DNA of 64,000 nucleotides from Octopus vulgaris (GCA_951406725.2 OX597827.1:65038001-65102000), one strand, 5' to 3'. Numbered from the stretch's first letter, positions 1 to 15,133 are shown. The notes: a model not told the origin generated them from the letters alone. Program-made: numbers and translations.

Positions 1-177
1 AGAAGTAAATTCTAACTGGATCCCCACCTGCAAGGTCATATGCTGCTTGTCTTGATATGAGCTCACCATGTCGCGCACATGTGGTTGTGATGCATGTGCC
101 TGGTGTACCCTTATCAGACGGGTAGTCATGATGGATATACTGGGATTCGTATGTTTTACCCCAGTGTCACTTTGATA
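1..177 (-). mobile_element. Partial copy (cut by window edge) of the ~560-bp non-coding element also at 57811-58310 and 58371-58927
   Basis: Reverse complement (atcaaagtgacactggggtaaaacatacgaatccc...gcaggtggggatccagttagaat) aligns to 58395-58567 with few mismatches. Confidence 0.85.
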
Positions 178-249
178 TAACTTGCAAGCTGTATCAACCA
201 AATTACCTTAAAACTTCTACAATTTAAACACATATAGAAATATATAAAC

Positions 250-577
250 ATCTTCCTTCGGTCATGAATAACCATAGGATTGTAGCTACAAATTTCCCCT
301 CTGAGCCACAAGCCCGGATAATGTTGTTTATGGAAGACTAGCAGTCTGCCATGCATTCCAGTCTCCTCTCTCCACGCCACCGATGATATCCAAAGGGAAA
401 CGACGATACAGCTTGGCACCAGTGATGTCACATCACATTTCTGCAGTAGAGTGGACTGGAGCAACGTCAAAGAAGGTGTCTTGCCCAAAAACAGAACACA
501 CAACCCGAGCTGGAAATCGAACTCACTACCTCAAATTTGTGAGCCCTACAGTCTAACTACTAAGCTATGCGCCTTCA
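250..577 (-). mobile_element. tRNA-derived SINE with CORE-like middle (family D)
   Basis: Minus strand begins tgaaggcgcatagcttagtagttag (A-box-like), then gagttcgatttcc (B-box-like), then ttgggcaagacacc...gttgctccagtccactc. Confidence 0.7.
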
Positions 578-605
578 TTGTATATATATATAATTCACAT
601 TTATA

Positions 606-728
606 GGAAAGTAAAAGTCAAAGACAGGTGTATGAACAACAAGCAGATGTCTTAGTCTGACGTTCGGGAGAATGATAAAGTCTTTTACATTTCGAGCCTA
701 CGCTCTTCATAAAAGACTAAAGGAAAAT

Positions 729-730
<2 letters not shown>
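606..730 (-). mobile_element. Penelope-type pseudo-LTR/retrozyme-like element, family H2, degenerate hammerhead
   Basis: Minus strand tttatgaagagcgtaggctcgaaatgtaaaagac; homologous to 43072-43250 and 61450-61620. Confidence 0.65.
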
Positions 731-787
<57 letters not shown>

Positions 788-1039
788 ACGTACATATATA
801 TAGTTGCACAAATACACACACACAGACACACAAATATACACATACACAGACACGCACAAATACACACGCATACACATACAAGCATACACATGTCATATGT
901 AATAACTAATATCCTCATAATTTCATTTAATATACAGCATTTAACTTTCACTGAAGTTACTAAAAATGTGTAGGAACTTTGGCTCCCGAACGAATTTGCA
1001 ATCATAGGTGTGTATGCGATATATATGTATGTATATATA

Positions 1040-1073
<34 letters not shown>

Positions 1074-1537
1074 GGCACATATATATATATATATACACAC
1101 ATATATGTATGTATGCGTGTGTATGTATGTATGTGTGTATGTATCTATGAATATGAAAATGTTAATGTGCGATGCACGTTTATTCTTCTGTCGATATTCA
1201 AACAACGAGGCAATGACTTAAATTCTGAAGACTTCATGAGAGTCCAGATCTTCAATATCCTATAATCAATATATCGACAGGTATCTATATATTACCAGAA
1301 CATACACACGCGCGCGCGCAAGCACACACGAACTCATGCGCAGGTGTATGTAAATGCATTAATATTTATATATATGCTTACATACACATACAGAACAAGA
1401 GACACACACATGTATGTGTATATATACACACACACGTTTTATATATATGCACACCCACGTATATGTACCTACTTTCATACACACTTGTATGTGTAGATAT
1501 CTATATAAGTATGTGCATGCGTGGTGCATGTATGCGG

Positions 1538-1574
<37 letters not shown>

Positions 1575-1849
1575 TATGCATGTGAGAAACCAAATCTCAA
1601 CACACCTTTGTTAACGTCTCCATCAGAACAGTAGGAAACGGATTCATAAATGAGACCAATAGAAACATATTCTATATACCGTCTGATATATACTGAATAT
1701 ATGACACTATTGGGACAAGAGAACCTATGTCCATTTTATTGATATCCTTACAGCTCCCCTTTCTCTCATAGCTTTCTAAATATATTTCTTTTCGGTATGT
1801 ACTAATGATAATATATTTAATTCCAAACGAAAAACATGCTGCACACATC

Positions 1850-1985
1850 TCCCTTGCACCACAGTACAGACGATCTTATCCATGAGTCTGGGAACATGTC
1901 GTAGGCTTTCTTGTAATCTATTCCATTTTATTGCTATATTTTTCCTTCTCGCGTTTACTACATTTAGGACTGATTTGTTTATGAA
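1850..1985 (-). pseudogene. Dong/R4-like RT fragment, inverted relative to its neighbour
   Basis: Minus strand translates IDYKKAYDMFPDSWI (RT motif WIDYKKAYDSVPHSWI). Confidence 0.75.
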
Positions 1986-3260
1986 TCTTGACAGCCAGAA
2001 TTTGCTGCCAGAAGAACAGAAATGTTGCGGGAATCAGTTCTAAATGAAATAAAAGTTAGAAGGAAAAATTTAACAATAACATGGATAGATTATAAGAAAG
2101 CCTATGACAGGATTTCACATTCATGAATAAGTGAATGTTTAAGCATATTCAGTATTGCAGACAATGTAATAGGATTAATTAGTTTTAACATGAAGAGATG
2201 AATGTATATCTCTTCTCAGGTTACAGAGTCTTATAGAAAGTTAATATCTAGAGAGGAATTTTCCAAGGGGGCTCGTTATCCCCTTTGATATTTGTCATGT
2301 GTCTAATCCCTCTCAGTTGAGTATTAAGGAAGGCAAAGGGGGTGGGGTATCAGTTCAGAAACAGTAAAGGAGAAATTAAGCATTTCCTCTACATGCGTAG
2401 AGTGGCTGTGTGGTAAGTAACTTGCTTAATAACCACATGGTTCTGGGTTCAGTCCCACTGTGTGTCACATTGGGCAAGTGTCCTCTACTAAACTCTCAGG
2501 CCGACGAAAGCCTTGTGAGTGGATTTGGTAGACGGAAACTGAAAGAAGCCCGTCGTATATATGTATATATATTTTTATATGTGCTTGTGTGTATATGTAT
2601 GTGTGTCTGTGTTTGTCTCCATAACATCGCTTGACAACTGATGCTGGTGTATTTACTTCTCCGTAACTTAGCGGTTCGGCAAAAGTGTCCGATAGAATAA
2701 GTACTAGGCTTACAAAGAATACGTCCCGGGGTCGATTTGCTCGACTAAAGGCGGTGCTCCAGCGTGGCCACAATCAAATAACTGAAACAAATAAAAGAGT
2801 AAAAAATAAGAGTATGCATGAACTGGAACTTTTTTAGTAAGTCTAAAGAAGAGATCGATTCTTTTTTAGAAATTACAAGACCTTTCAGCAAAGATATTGG
2901 CATGGAATTTGGAATAGATAAATGTGTCCAGACGGACACAGTAATAGAAACTAGGTCTGATTCAGTAGTAGTAGATAAAGAGAATAGAGAATGCTAGATA
3001 ATTGACTATACAGTCCCAAATGATGAAAAAAAATCAATATGAGAAGTATAGAAAAAAAATGCTAAGTACCACAACCTACCCATTGAGTTAATGAGACTTT
3101 GGAAAGAGCGGGTAAAATGATGCACATAGTTATAGGTGAATTGGAGAATATCCCTGAAGATTTGGACTGATGGATAGAGGAAATAAGAGGTAAATATAGT
3201 TTAGTACGGCTCCAGATAAGAGACTGTTTGAATACTTAGGAGGGCTCGTTGTAGCCTGAT
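1986..3260 (+). pseudogene. Internally deleted Dong/R4-like non-LTR retrotransposon (RT plus RLE endonuclease), interrupted by a SINE
   Basis: LLPEEQK..WIDYKKAYDRISHS..RGIFQGGSLSPLIFVMCLIPLS..HFLYM|SINE|..FSKDIGMEFGIDKC, then QTDTVIETR..VVVDKENREC*IIDYTVPND..KYHNLPIELMRLW..IVIGEL; stops and frameshifts. Confidence 0.88.
2395..2813 (+). mobile_element. tRNA-derived SINE family A (internal microsatellite)
   Basis: gagtggctgtgtggtaag...ggttcagtccc head; ggcggtgctccagc..ctgaaacaa-taaaagag tail. Confidence 0.9.
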
Positions 3261-3334
3261 GTTAGGAATTTTTCTTTTCCAATAGTTTAATACAATAGTT
3301 CAATTATTATTACGTATATGAAGTAACAATAATC

Positions 3335-3490
3335 CTTACTACGATCTGAGATCAAATTCTGCTCTGTCAATTATGTCTTTCATTCTTTCGAGATCAATAA
3401 AAGAACTAGTTGAATAATGGTTTCGATTTAATCGACTTCATCCTTCCCCCGAAATTACAGGCCTCGTGGCAAAATGTGAAAATGATATTA
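3335..3490 (+). mobile_element. Degenerate SINE family B
   Basis: tctgagatcaaattct..tctttcattctttcgagatcaataaa..cgatttaatcgactt. Confidence 0.6.
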
Positions 3491-3667
3491 TACCTGGTTA
3501 GCGATTTTCATTTCACGTTGTTGAAATTGTGCACACACTCCGAGTACTAAAAGACGTGTATGTGTGTGCATGTGTGTGTGTGTGCCTGTGTGCTCGTGTG
3601 TGTATGTGCGTGTATATGCATGTTTATACATCTATACGTGTGCGTCTATGCGTATGTATATAATTTC

Positions 3668-3777
3668 TAAATAATATGTGAATATATATATTTGGAAATA
3701 ATATGTGAATACATATATTTGGAAATAATATATGAATATATATATTTGTAAATATTATGTGAATGTATATATTTGTA

Positions 3778-3783
<6 letters not shown>
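3668..3783. repeat. 27-bp minisatellite, about 4 units
   Basis: aaataatatgtgaatatatatatttgg repeated with variants. Confidence 0.8.
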
Positions 3784-3823
<40 letters not shown>

Positions 3824-3836
3824 ATATATATATATG

Positions 3837-3890
<54 letters not shown>

Positions 3891-4434
3891 AGAGAGAGAG
3901 AGAGAGAGAGATACACATATATCCTTCATGTTTTATTCTTCAAGTTTGCCTTCACTCCAACTGGGAAAATAATTTTGGTTTTTTTTTACTCTTTGCACCT
4001 GCATAAATTTTTTTCTCATACTTCCTTCTCCTACGAATCTTTCGGAAATCCATCGTTTTTCTGTAAATCCTTTTAGCCCCCAGTTATATAAAATCAAAAG
4101 AAAGGAGGAAATATTTTGAAATTCTCCCCTCAGGTAACGTACCAGTTGGTTTTTTTTTGTATCACTTTCGACACAGAGTAATGTTTCATCTGTTTGTGAG
4201 ATTCGGTATAAATTTTTTTCTCAGGCATGTTTTTATACATAATTTCATAGACTTTATTTTTATATAGTAACGTGTGACAAACTCTGTGTTCTCAAACTTT
4301 TGTCCTTACGTTTGTGGTTTTATTTATAAAATCATCTCTATATTTCCTCCTATATCTATAAATATATGTGAGCGTAAAACTGTAAGGGCAAGCCCATATG
4401 TATAAGTGTGTATACCAATAAATATGCATGTATG

Positions 4435-4488
<54 letters not shown>

Positions 4489-4850
4489 TGTATATATATA
4501 TGCATGAGTGTCTATATATATATGTTTGCTTATGTATATATATATATATATGCATGTCTCTCTCTCTATATATATATATATACACATATATATGCCTGTT
4601 TGCATGTGTGTGTGTGCGTGTGTATGTATGTGTTTTGGTGTGTGTGTGTATATAATACTAAAGAAGAATATTCACGTGATGTGACTACATGAATACATTT
4701 TTTAAACCTTGATAATATTAAAACAGTATTTTCTTCTCTGTTTTGAATGAAAATTAACTCCCATGAAAACCATTTAAACTTTTCCCATCTATATACACAT
4801 ATTCAAACATACATATATTCATACATGTATGTATATATATATATATGTAC

Positions 4851-4890
<40 letters not shown>

Positions 4891-4900
4891 GTACAATATA

Positions 4901-4935
<35 letters not shown>

Positions 4936-5076
4936 GCATACATGTATGAGTATATGTATGTTGAATATATATATATATATATATACATATATATGTACAT
5001 ATATATATATGTGTGTGTATATGTGTTTGCGTATGTGTGTTTGTATGTGTAGATAGACTCGTACAAATATATATAT

Positions 5077-5128
<52 letters not shown>

Positions 5129-5592
5129 ATATACATATATTAGTACACGTAGCGTTGATGAATATACTTAGACAGACTATGAACTGTAGAGAGAAAAACA
5201 CGTACATAGATATACGACGATAAACGAGACACACAGACGCACACACACACACACATACATATATCATTTGAGTATACGTAAGCAAAATTGAAGTCAAAAG
5301 CGCAATATTAAATACTATTTATATACAAGACAAAATTGTATCACTTAGAACACTAGTCGAAGAGTTAGTGTTGAGAGTAAAAAATATGCACGTAATTCTT
5401 TCAGAATCGTGATGTAGTCTAGAGTATTTTAGGCACGATACATGATAGACAACATGTCTGCATAACAGACAATGATAAGAATCGATGACTATACACAACT
5501 TATTTATGAGTTTTTACTACTTCGAAAACACACAGGATATCACACTTATTTACTCATGTTTTTTTTTTTTTTTTAATAATATTTGTGGAGTG

Positions 5593-5640
<48 letters not shown>

Positions 5641-5692
5641 CATATTTATATATATTTATATATATATATGTATATATATGTATATATATGTA

Positions 5693-5726
<34 letters not shown>

Positions 5727-5779
5727 CCAAATATATATATATACGAATATGAATATATAAATATATATATGTATATTTA

Positions 5780-5818
<39 letters not shown>

Positions 5819-5886
5819 GTATATATATGGCAATAAGAAAATGGATTAGAACAATAGGTGGTTCATCAACTTTTAGAGACACACAT

Positions 5887-5920
<34 letters not shown>

Positions 5921-5995
5921 GTATATATCTACATGCATATCTATGACTATATACATGTGTATGCATGTATATATGTATGTACATAACTATGTGTA

Positions 5996-6035
<40 letters not shown>

Positions 6036-6515
6036 CATACATATCTATGACTATATATATATATGTGTATGCATGTATATATGTATGTATATATGCATCC
6101 ATATATGTATGTATGTTTAAATCTAGATGTGTGACTATTTATATAGATCTATTTGTGCATGCAGTCATATAGACATATTTAGCGGTGTTTTCAACTCTTG
6201 CCATCTTTTTAGTAGAGACCCAATTAAATTTGAACACGACAGCAAATAGTAAGTCATTCCTAGTAAACAAGTAAATAATTATATATATATATCTATACGT
6301 GTATGCGTATATGTATGTGTATGTGTGCATATATTTGTGTACGTACGTATGTATATGACTTTTTATATCGTGCATTGCATAACATATACATACACACTCA
6401 TACAAATGCATATATGTATATATACTTATAAAGCATAGATGTGTATACAAATACAAAACATGTTTATCTATCTCTTCTCTTCCTTGACTTTCTCTGTATA
6501 TGTATCTATATATAC

Positions 6516-6586
<71 letters not shown>

Positions 6587-7837
6587 TATATTCACATACA
6601 TACGTACATTAAACACGTATATGTGAATGTTAATTAATAGGTGAATGAACACATAAGCAGATATTCTAGGGAATGACTTTTATTTTAATGACTGCTGTTT
6701 CGGCTACAAGCTCCCACGCCGCAAACTCGTGTATCTGTGCGATATCTTTCGTGTGTTAGAGTGTGTATATTTAACATGATCTTATTGTATAGACTGCGAT
6801 ATTCATTTAAACTGGATTCCTTATGAAGAAACTGTAAATCTACATCTAAAATGTGAACAGCTTCAATAAACTTTGAAACTACACAATAAGCGTTTGTGCT
6901 TTTGCGAATGCCATCAACTAATTAAGAGAGTGATTTAAGAAATTTGATATTTTTTTTATATTTGCCCTTATGGTTGCTATAAGCGGCCTTTATATTCTAT
7001 TGTTCTTATAAGGAAACCCTGCCTCGGAAAATATAGCTTGGTGGGCAAGTCATACCTTCTGCCTTCCCTGTTCGTTTAAATTCACCTGAAAATGACATGA
7101 TATGCTCTAAGAATTTAAGAATTTTCAAATAAAATGATGCCCAGATAACTGTTATGAATTTTGAACTCCACGTGCGTTCTTTTATACATTGCGCTGAGAG
7201 CCATTCCGTAAGTGGACCTAGTCAATCATTGTAAAAGGCCTCCATATCCATTGAATATCATTTCACTGCTAATCAACTCTTCTAGCCATTGTTGAACTAC
7301 AGGGATCGGGCACTTATGTGGATGTATACGCTTGCCTTACCCAATTGTATTCTGTTACCGAATCAATAATTTTGCAGCATTTGCCATACTTTTCAATATG
7401 TTTTTCACCCTCAGTGCATCGCATATTTAAGTTTACTCCTCGACAATACTCTTAAGAGTAGACAGAATAAACAGAACAATACATTCAGAAATATCCAGAA
7501 AAAATGTGTGATATGTCATTTCCAGCAACTTGATAAGATAATAATATATAATAATATTTGGATCTTCGGAAACTTACCGTAGCCTTATCAATACTATATT
7601 TTACCTATCATGCCTATGTCTTTTTATAAAAGACGATATATCTGTACACAAACAAAATCGACACACTGATTTAATCTCTATATGAGATAATCCCACTTAA
7701 AATATAACAGTGTATTCCCCAAACTCTTCCAATCCTATTTTCACTATACACTTCATTATCTGCTATATATAAAGCACTAAAGCGTAAATTGAACACCATT
7801 TGACTATCAATCTTTCACACTATATAAACGACTCCAT

Positions 7838-8304
<467 letters not shown>

Positions 8305-8333
8305 AATCATCATATATTTACATACACACACAC

Positions 8334-8377
<44 letters not shown>

Positions 8378-8388
8378 ATATATGTATA

Positions 8389-8450
<62 letters not shown>

Positions 8451-8453
<3 letters not shown>

Positions 8454-8865
8454 TCTTTCACTCTTTTACTTGTTTCAGTCATTTGACTGCGGGCCATGCA
8501 GGAGCACCGCCTTTAGTCGAGCACATCGACCCCGTGACTTATTCTTTGTAAGCCCAGTACTTATTCTATCGGTGTCTTTTGCCGAACCGCTAAGTGACGG
8601 GCACGTAAACACACCAGCATCGGTTGTCAAGCAATACTAGGGGGACAAACACAGACACACAAACACATACACACACATACATATATATATATAAATATAT
8701 ACGACAGGCTTCTTTCAGTTTCCGTCTACCAAATCCACTCACAAGGCATTGGTCGGCCCGGGGCTATAGCAGAAGACACTTGCCCAAGATGCCACGCAGT
8801 GGGACTGAACACGGAACCATGTGGTTGGTTAGCAAGCTACTTACCACACAGTCACTCCTGCGCCT
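8451..8865 (-). mobile_element. SINE family A, full length
   Basis: Ends ctcctgcgcct (rc of the aggcgcaggag 5' end); tail tactctttcactcttttacttgtttcagtc. Confidence 0.92.
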
Positions 8866-8881
8866 ATATATATATATATAT

Positions 8882-9054
8882 AAAATAAATATAAGAGAGT
8901 GGTCACTATATTGATCACTCTAGCACCAGTTAATCCAAAAGGTTTCAACCACGAAAAATACATGTTTCCCATATGTTTCCCATATGGTTGAAACCTTTTG
9001 GATTAACTGGTGCTAGAGTGATCAATATAGTGACCACTCTCTTATATTTATTTT
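8882..9054. repeat. Perfect 70-bp inverted repeat with 33-bp spacer
   Basis: 8882-8951 is the exact reverse complement of 8985-9054. Confidence 0.92.
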
Positions 9055-9175
9055 GTGAAAATATTATAATATGTTATAAAATATTATAATAATCCAGGTT
9101 TCTCGTAGCACTAGGCCACTTGGTGTGGAATAAATATACTATTAAATTAGTATCTAATTCTCTCACCCTTATTAA

Positions 9176-9206
<31 letters not shown>

Positions 9207-9328
9207 CACAAAATATATATATACCTCGGCATGTAGCTTCAACCGTGTTTTTCTGACGTGAATTTGATACCCGGGTATCGGTTAACCGAATTACCCATAC
9301 TAGGATAATATTCATTCAACGTCTTAAA

Positions 9329-9427
<99 letters not shown>

Positions 9428-9438
9428 ACATATATGTA

Positions 9439-9483
<45 letters not shown>

Positions 9484-9490
9484 TGTATAC

Positions 9491-9538
<48 letters not shown>

Positions 9539-10302
9539 GTATATATATATGTATACATATATGTATACGTATATATATATATATGCAATGGAATGTTTTT
9601 CTCTCAAAGTAGAAAACAGAATTCCACAAACAGAATCAATCATAGTAAAGTGCGTCCATATCCACCGAATATCATGTAACTGCTAAGCAACACTTTCAGC
9701 TATTTCATTACGAATATATATCATTGAACTAATACTCGGAGTTTAGTCTGTTTAGAAGAGTCTAAACAGACTGACATAAGAAGATGTGGTACGCATTAGC
9801 AAACCAAATTTTGCTTGTTACAGAATACAGCTGCAAAAAAAAAAAAAGATTATATTAAAAGGAAGCTCGCGTAGGTATCACGAAGGCGCCGTTTATTACA
9901 ATAGGAAACACTTCATTGTTCTTTAATACTGTTTTTTTTCTCCTCCTATTTTAAACCTCATGTCCCACGCCTGGTTGAGGGTAGGTATGAAAGAGTAATA
10001 CATCTATGAGTATAATACAAATATAGTGAAATGTTAGGTGAATGTGAGAGGGAAGTCAAACAATAAAATTATCATTTGAGAATGTTTAGTGCTGTATCGC
10101 AGAGTAAATAACATTTTCCGAAACATTATCTATCTACCCATTTATCTGTCTGTCTATCTGCCTGTCTATCTGTCTGTCTATAAAATATATATGTGTATGT
10201 ATGTATGTATGTATGTATGTATGTATGTATCTATCTATCTATCTCTCTAAATATCTATCTTTCTCTCTCTCTATCTGTGTATAAAATATTTATGTATGTA
10301 TG

Positions 10303-10357
<55 letters not shown>

Positions 10358-10490
10358 CTATTCATGCATCCATGCATATACGAATATACATATAACTATA
10401 TTTACATACTTACAAAAATACATAAATATATACATATATATGTATATATAGAGAGATAGATACGTACATACAAATATACATCTATCTATG

Positions 10491-10569
<79 letters not shown>

Positions 10570-10574
10570 ATATG

Positions 10575-10643
<69 letters not shown>

Positions 10644-10680
10644 ATGTGTGTGTGTGTATATATCTAGCTATTTAGCTACG

Positions 10681-10714
<34 letters not shown>

Positions 10715-11233
10715 TAGCTAGATGTAGACCTATATACACATATATGCATTTGTATTTACATGTTAAGCAAGGCCAGGTGTGAAATAGCTTACCACGTGGA
10801 ATTCATGTTCTGTACGTGATACATTTTGAATCATCTGGCACGATTTCTTTTCGATTGTAAAACGTGATGAAGTTCTACTTCCTACTAAAGTATCCCGATG
10901 TGCAGTGATATGTAGGTTGCATGCAACCAAAACGTTTCGTTCTTTCCACAGCGGTATATTTCCGTGTGAGATTTCAGCGATATGTATTTCAAATGTATTT
11001 ACGTATGTGGATAATTATATAAACGTGGACAAAAGATAGGCCACGAATAATTTTCTATCAATCAGAATGGATTACCTCTGTCTGATACAATTAAGATAAA
11101 AAGGTTGAAAAGGATACGAGGATTATACATACGTACATACATACATGCATACATACATACATACATACATACATACGTACATACATTCATATATACATAC
11201 ATATATAAGCATACACACTTAGACACACACACG

Positions 11234-11295
<62 letters not shown>

Positions 11296-11354
11296 GCAAG
11301 AACACAGAAAGGATTTCAAATTCACAACAGCTGTTTCAGCATCATTTTATTCAG

Positions 11355-12220
11355 GAAATCTCACTCTCATCGTTCTGATAAGAAATCAACTCCTGAATTA
11401 ATCGGTGAGATTCAGGCCATGATTAGCAACGATTCCTTCAAGTCAATCAGGTCCATCGCCATCGACATGGAAGTGTCTGAGTTTCTTATCATGCAGGTAG
11501 CGAATAAATACATTCGGTAGCTGGCAGAAACGTTAGCACGTCGGGCGAAATGCTTAGCGGTATTTCGTCTGCCGTTACGTTGTGCGTTCAAATTCCGCAG
11601 AGGTCGACTTTCGGGGTCGAAAAATGAAGTACCAGTAACGCACTGGGGTCGATGTAATCGTTTTAATCTCTTTGTCTGTCCTGTTTGTCCCCTTTATGTT
11701 TAGCCCCTTGTGGGTAATAAAGAAATATATTCCACATACAAGATGGGAAAGGGCCAATTCTTATCCCAAGCCATCAAGAAAAAAGAGGAAAAACCGCGCT
11801 ACGAAGGTTTTGAACAAAGTCAAGCATCTCCTCTAACCGAACATGCTTTGGTTTTTCTCAGACAAGAACAGTTTCCACCAGGATCAGATGTTAAACGCAC
11901 AGAACAAACGTTGGCTTGCCGTGTCCCAAAATCGTGTACCGAGAGTGAGAAAAATCAAACATGCGGTCAACATCATTGTGTTCAGAGTGATCACTAGTGA
12001 TGTCGACGTTATGCCTACATTCAACTTCTCACATGGGCCTCAGACCCTATGTCTGGAAACAAGACACTGCACCATGTTACACAAGCAGGAGAACACACTC
12101 ATGGCTGTTAGACAAGTCCTGCGACCACATCACACCTAACTTCCGGCCACCTAACTCTCCAGACTGCAAGGTACTTCATTATTATGTGTGGCGCGCAGTT
12201 AAGCGAGAGACCAACAAAAA
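11355..12220 (+). pseudogene. maT (DD37D) Tc1/mariner transposase relic, split by a SINE
   Basis: KSIRSIAIDMEVSEFLI; WFFSDKNSFHQDQMLNAQNKRWLA; IIVFRVITSDVDVMP; RPYVWKQDTAPCYTSRRTHSWL..RPPNSPDCKVL(H)YYVW with 37 residues between the 2nd and 3rd catalytic positions. Confidence 0.88.
11520..11727 (+). mobile_element. SINE family B
   Basis: gctggcagaaacgttagcacg..gttcaaattcc..ggggtcga..agtaccag..gccccttgtgggtaataaagaaata. Confidence 0.9.
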
Positions 12221-12420
12221 GAAAAAAATTCCAATGCCAAATTTGTCGAAAATAGACTTAAATCTTCAATAACCACATATAATTCATCACTATTTTTGGC
12301 ATATTTGACATTGTAATTTTTTTATTTTGCCGTTTTTTATAAATTTAGCCTTTAAAGTATTTTTTAATATGCTGGCCACTGATAAAATTTTTTCGAAAAT
12401 TTTATCCTATATTAGTTGTA

Positions 12421-12629
<209 letters not shown>

Positions 12630-13544
12630 ATCCATACAGTAAATGCATACGGGTGTATATGTGTGCCGTAGGGAGTTAAATCGCAAATGATAATTAGTCA
12701 CCTGGAATTTTATAATATAAGTGAAGTTATATCTTCTCGCCTCTTCGACGCCTAATTTAACAATTACTCGATGACAGCGTAACCTTAATCATTTAGACGA
12801 GGTTTTATGATCATATAAGTGTTTACAGTCAACTGTAACGCAATGAGGTTGAACTAATCAACAAAGATTTCATTCAATAATTGTATTTTAAAAGTATTTG
12901 CGTTTGTGTTTCTACGTTAATTTGTGATTTTGAAGTCATTACAGACAACTGCACCGAGAAATATATATATGTAACCCCTAGCGAAAATATATTGCTTGAG
13001 ATACGCCCACGTATTTTTTTTATGTGTGTATGTTTATATGCGTATGCACATATATTGTTATGACTAAATGATTCAGACAAGTAGACAGGCAGACAGTGAG
13101 AAAAACATATAGACAGGGGGATGGATAGATAGATAAAGAGATAAGTAAAAAGATACACTAATCGATAGATAAATAGACAGACAGAGAAATCGATAGGTAG
13201 ATGATAGACAGATAGATAAATAGATAGATATACAAATATATATGAAATTACATATGACGTCTTAAATATAACCGAATTCATAAATGACGTTTATAAAATA
13301 ATATAAACCTCCTCACGTTCGAAGGAACGTGAAACGGTCCGTGTTTCGTTTTATAAACTGAGAATCTTGAAGCACTTAAGGCTTTAAATAATTGCAGGAA
13401 TATCTTGGGTTGAATCAAAAAATTATAAAGCTTCCCTAGAATTTTTTCTCGTTTAAAAGGTTTTTCAACAGCATAATTAAATGCTTTTAAATGCTATTAT
13501 TTATAGCTTTATGTACATCCAGATCCACTGTTCCACAGAAAGAA

Positions 13545-13755
<211 letters not shown>

Positions 13756-13777
13756 CTGTATATATGTATATATATAT

Positions 13778-13836
13778 AAATCCTTAAAATCCTTAAAAAT
13801 GTTTTAGCCCGAAGGCCGCCGCCATTCTGGGGCACC
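13778..13836 (-). mobile_element. Isolated LINE/SINE 3' tail
   Basis: rc ggtgccccagaatggcggcggccttcgggctaaaacatttttaaggattttaaggattt. Confidence 0.6.
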
Positions 13837-13971
13837 TATATATTTAATACACACACAATATATATACATATATATATAACTCTACACATATATCTGTATA
13901 TATATATATTTATGTAAAGAGATACACACACAAATATATGTGTACGCGTGTGCGTATGTACGTAGCTTGAG

Positions 13972-14087
<116 letters not shown>

Positions 14088-14626
14088 CAAAACATTTATT
14101 TTGAGATATTTAGATGCGTAAAAGTTGCAGGGATAATAATTAATTTTTAAACCTTTAAAATCTACTTTGAAAATTATTTACTACGAATATATCGCTCAAA
14201 TATATTCTTATTAATGAATAAATAACGTAAACATGTTTTGACATAATAACCGTTGGAGAACCGCATGAAAATATACCGCTGTGAAAAAAAATTAAATGCG
14301 GCAGTTACACACAGATTGCGCATCCTTACACATTGTGAGGTCTCAATGATGGAATGCATATATCACGTTTAATAGCTATCTGCTACATCATCTGCCAAGC
14401 AGCTGCAATTTCGAAGATCTAGTTGAACAGTATGTGTTTTTAGTGGTTGATTTCCTCCCTCGTGTTGTTTGTTTTGGAATAAAATAACTTTTGGCTCTTA
14501 AATTTCTTCATACCCTATATAAGTTTTTAACGGCTGGACTCGTTTGCAAGTTATATATTTACAGAAGATATTTAGTAGCGCAATAAGAATGAATATAGGA
14601 TATGAAATCTGAGTAATATATATCTT

Positions 14627-15133
14627 TAGTAGCAGTATCGCCCGGCGTTGCTCGGGTTTGTAAGGGAAATAACTAGATAAGCATTTTTAGAGAGTTACTT
14701 CCCTTATAGATGCCAATTCGGGCTTTCTTAGCCATTTCTGTTTTGATGTCTTCAAGCCATGAAGTCGTTGTTCTAAAAGAACGCTGGTCTCCTTGACAAC
14801 GCTTTACAACGTTGATTTCCTTACACTCCCTTCCCCATAGCTTCACGAGGGAGGGGAGAAGCAAACAGGTGCAGGTGTGACCATGGACGCCAACTCCGCC
14901 GCCATCGACACACGAAAAATTATGCATTAAAATGGAATAAAAAAGTATTTTAAATTATTTTTAAAATCGTAGACTCATCGTAGACGCGCGCTAATAGCCA
15001 GACGGGCTCGATATGAATCACTACTATAAGATACCCGAATTTGGTTAAACTGCACCGCAAAATGTGGGAATAGTTAGGAATCTAAATCGAAGGGGACAGA
15101 TACTCACACAACTACAGTTTTATATATATAGAT
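14627..15133 (+). mobile_element. Helentron-associated (HINE/DINE-1-like) non-autonomous element
   Basis: 5' tagcagtatcgcccggcgttgctcggg hairpin; 3' gacagatactcacacaactacagtttttatatatatagat. Confidence 0.65.

Noticed and set aside
1225-1250. ctgaaga plus small hairpin (similar cases at 31268 and 53332)
   Set aside because: No GAAA..UH downstream; chance CUGANGA matches
3668-3783. Regularly spaced repeats as a CRISPR-like array
   Set aside because: Tandem minisatellite without unique spacers, in a eukaryotic context with no cas genes
6660-7460. Complex non-microsatellite block, possibly coding
   Set aside because: No sustained open frame or recognisable motif; probably a decayed transposon
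9861-9880. gaagctcgcgtaggtatca, loosely like miR-993/miR-10 family
   Set aside because: Too many differences and no precursor hairpin
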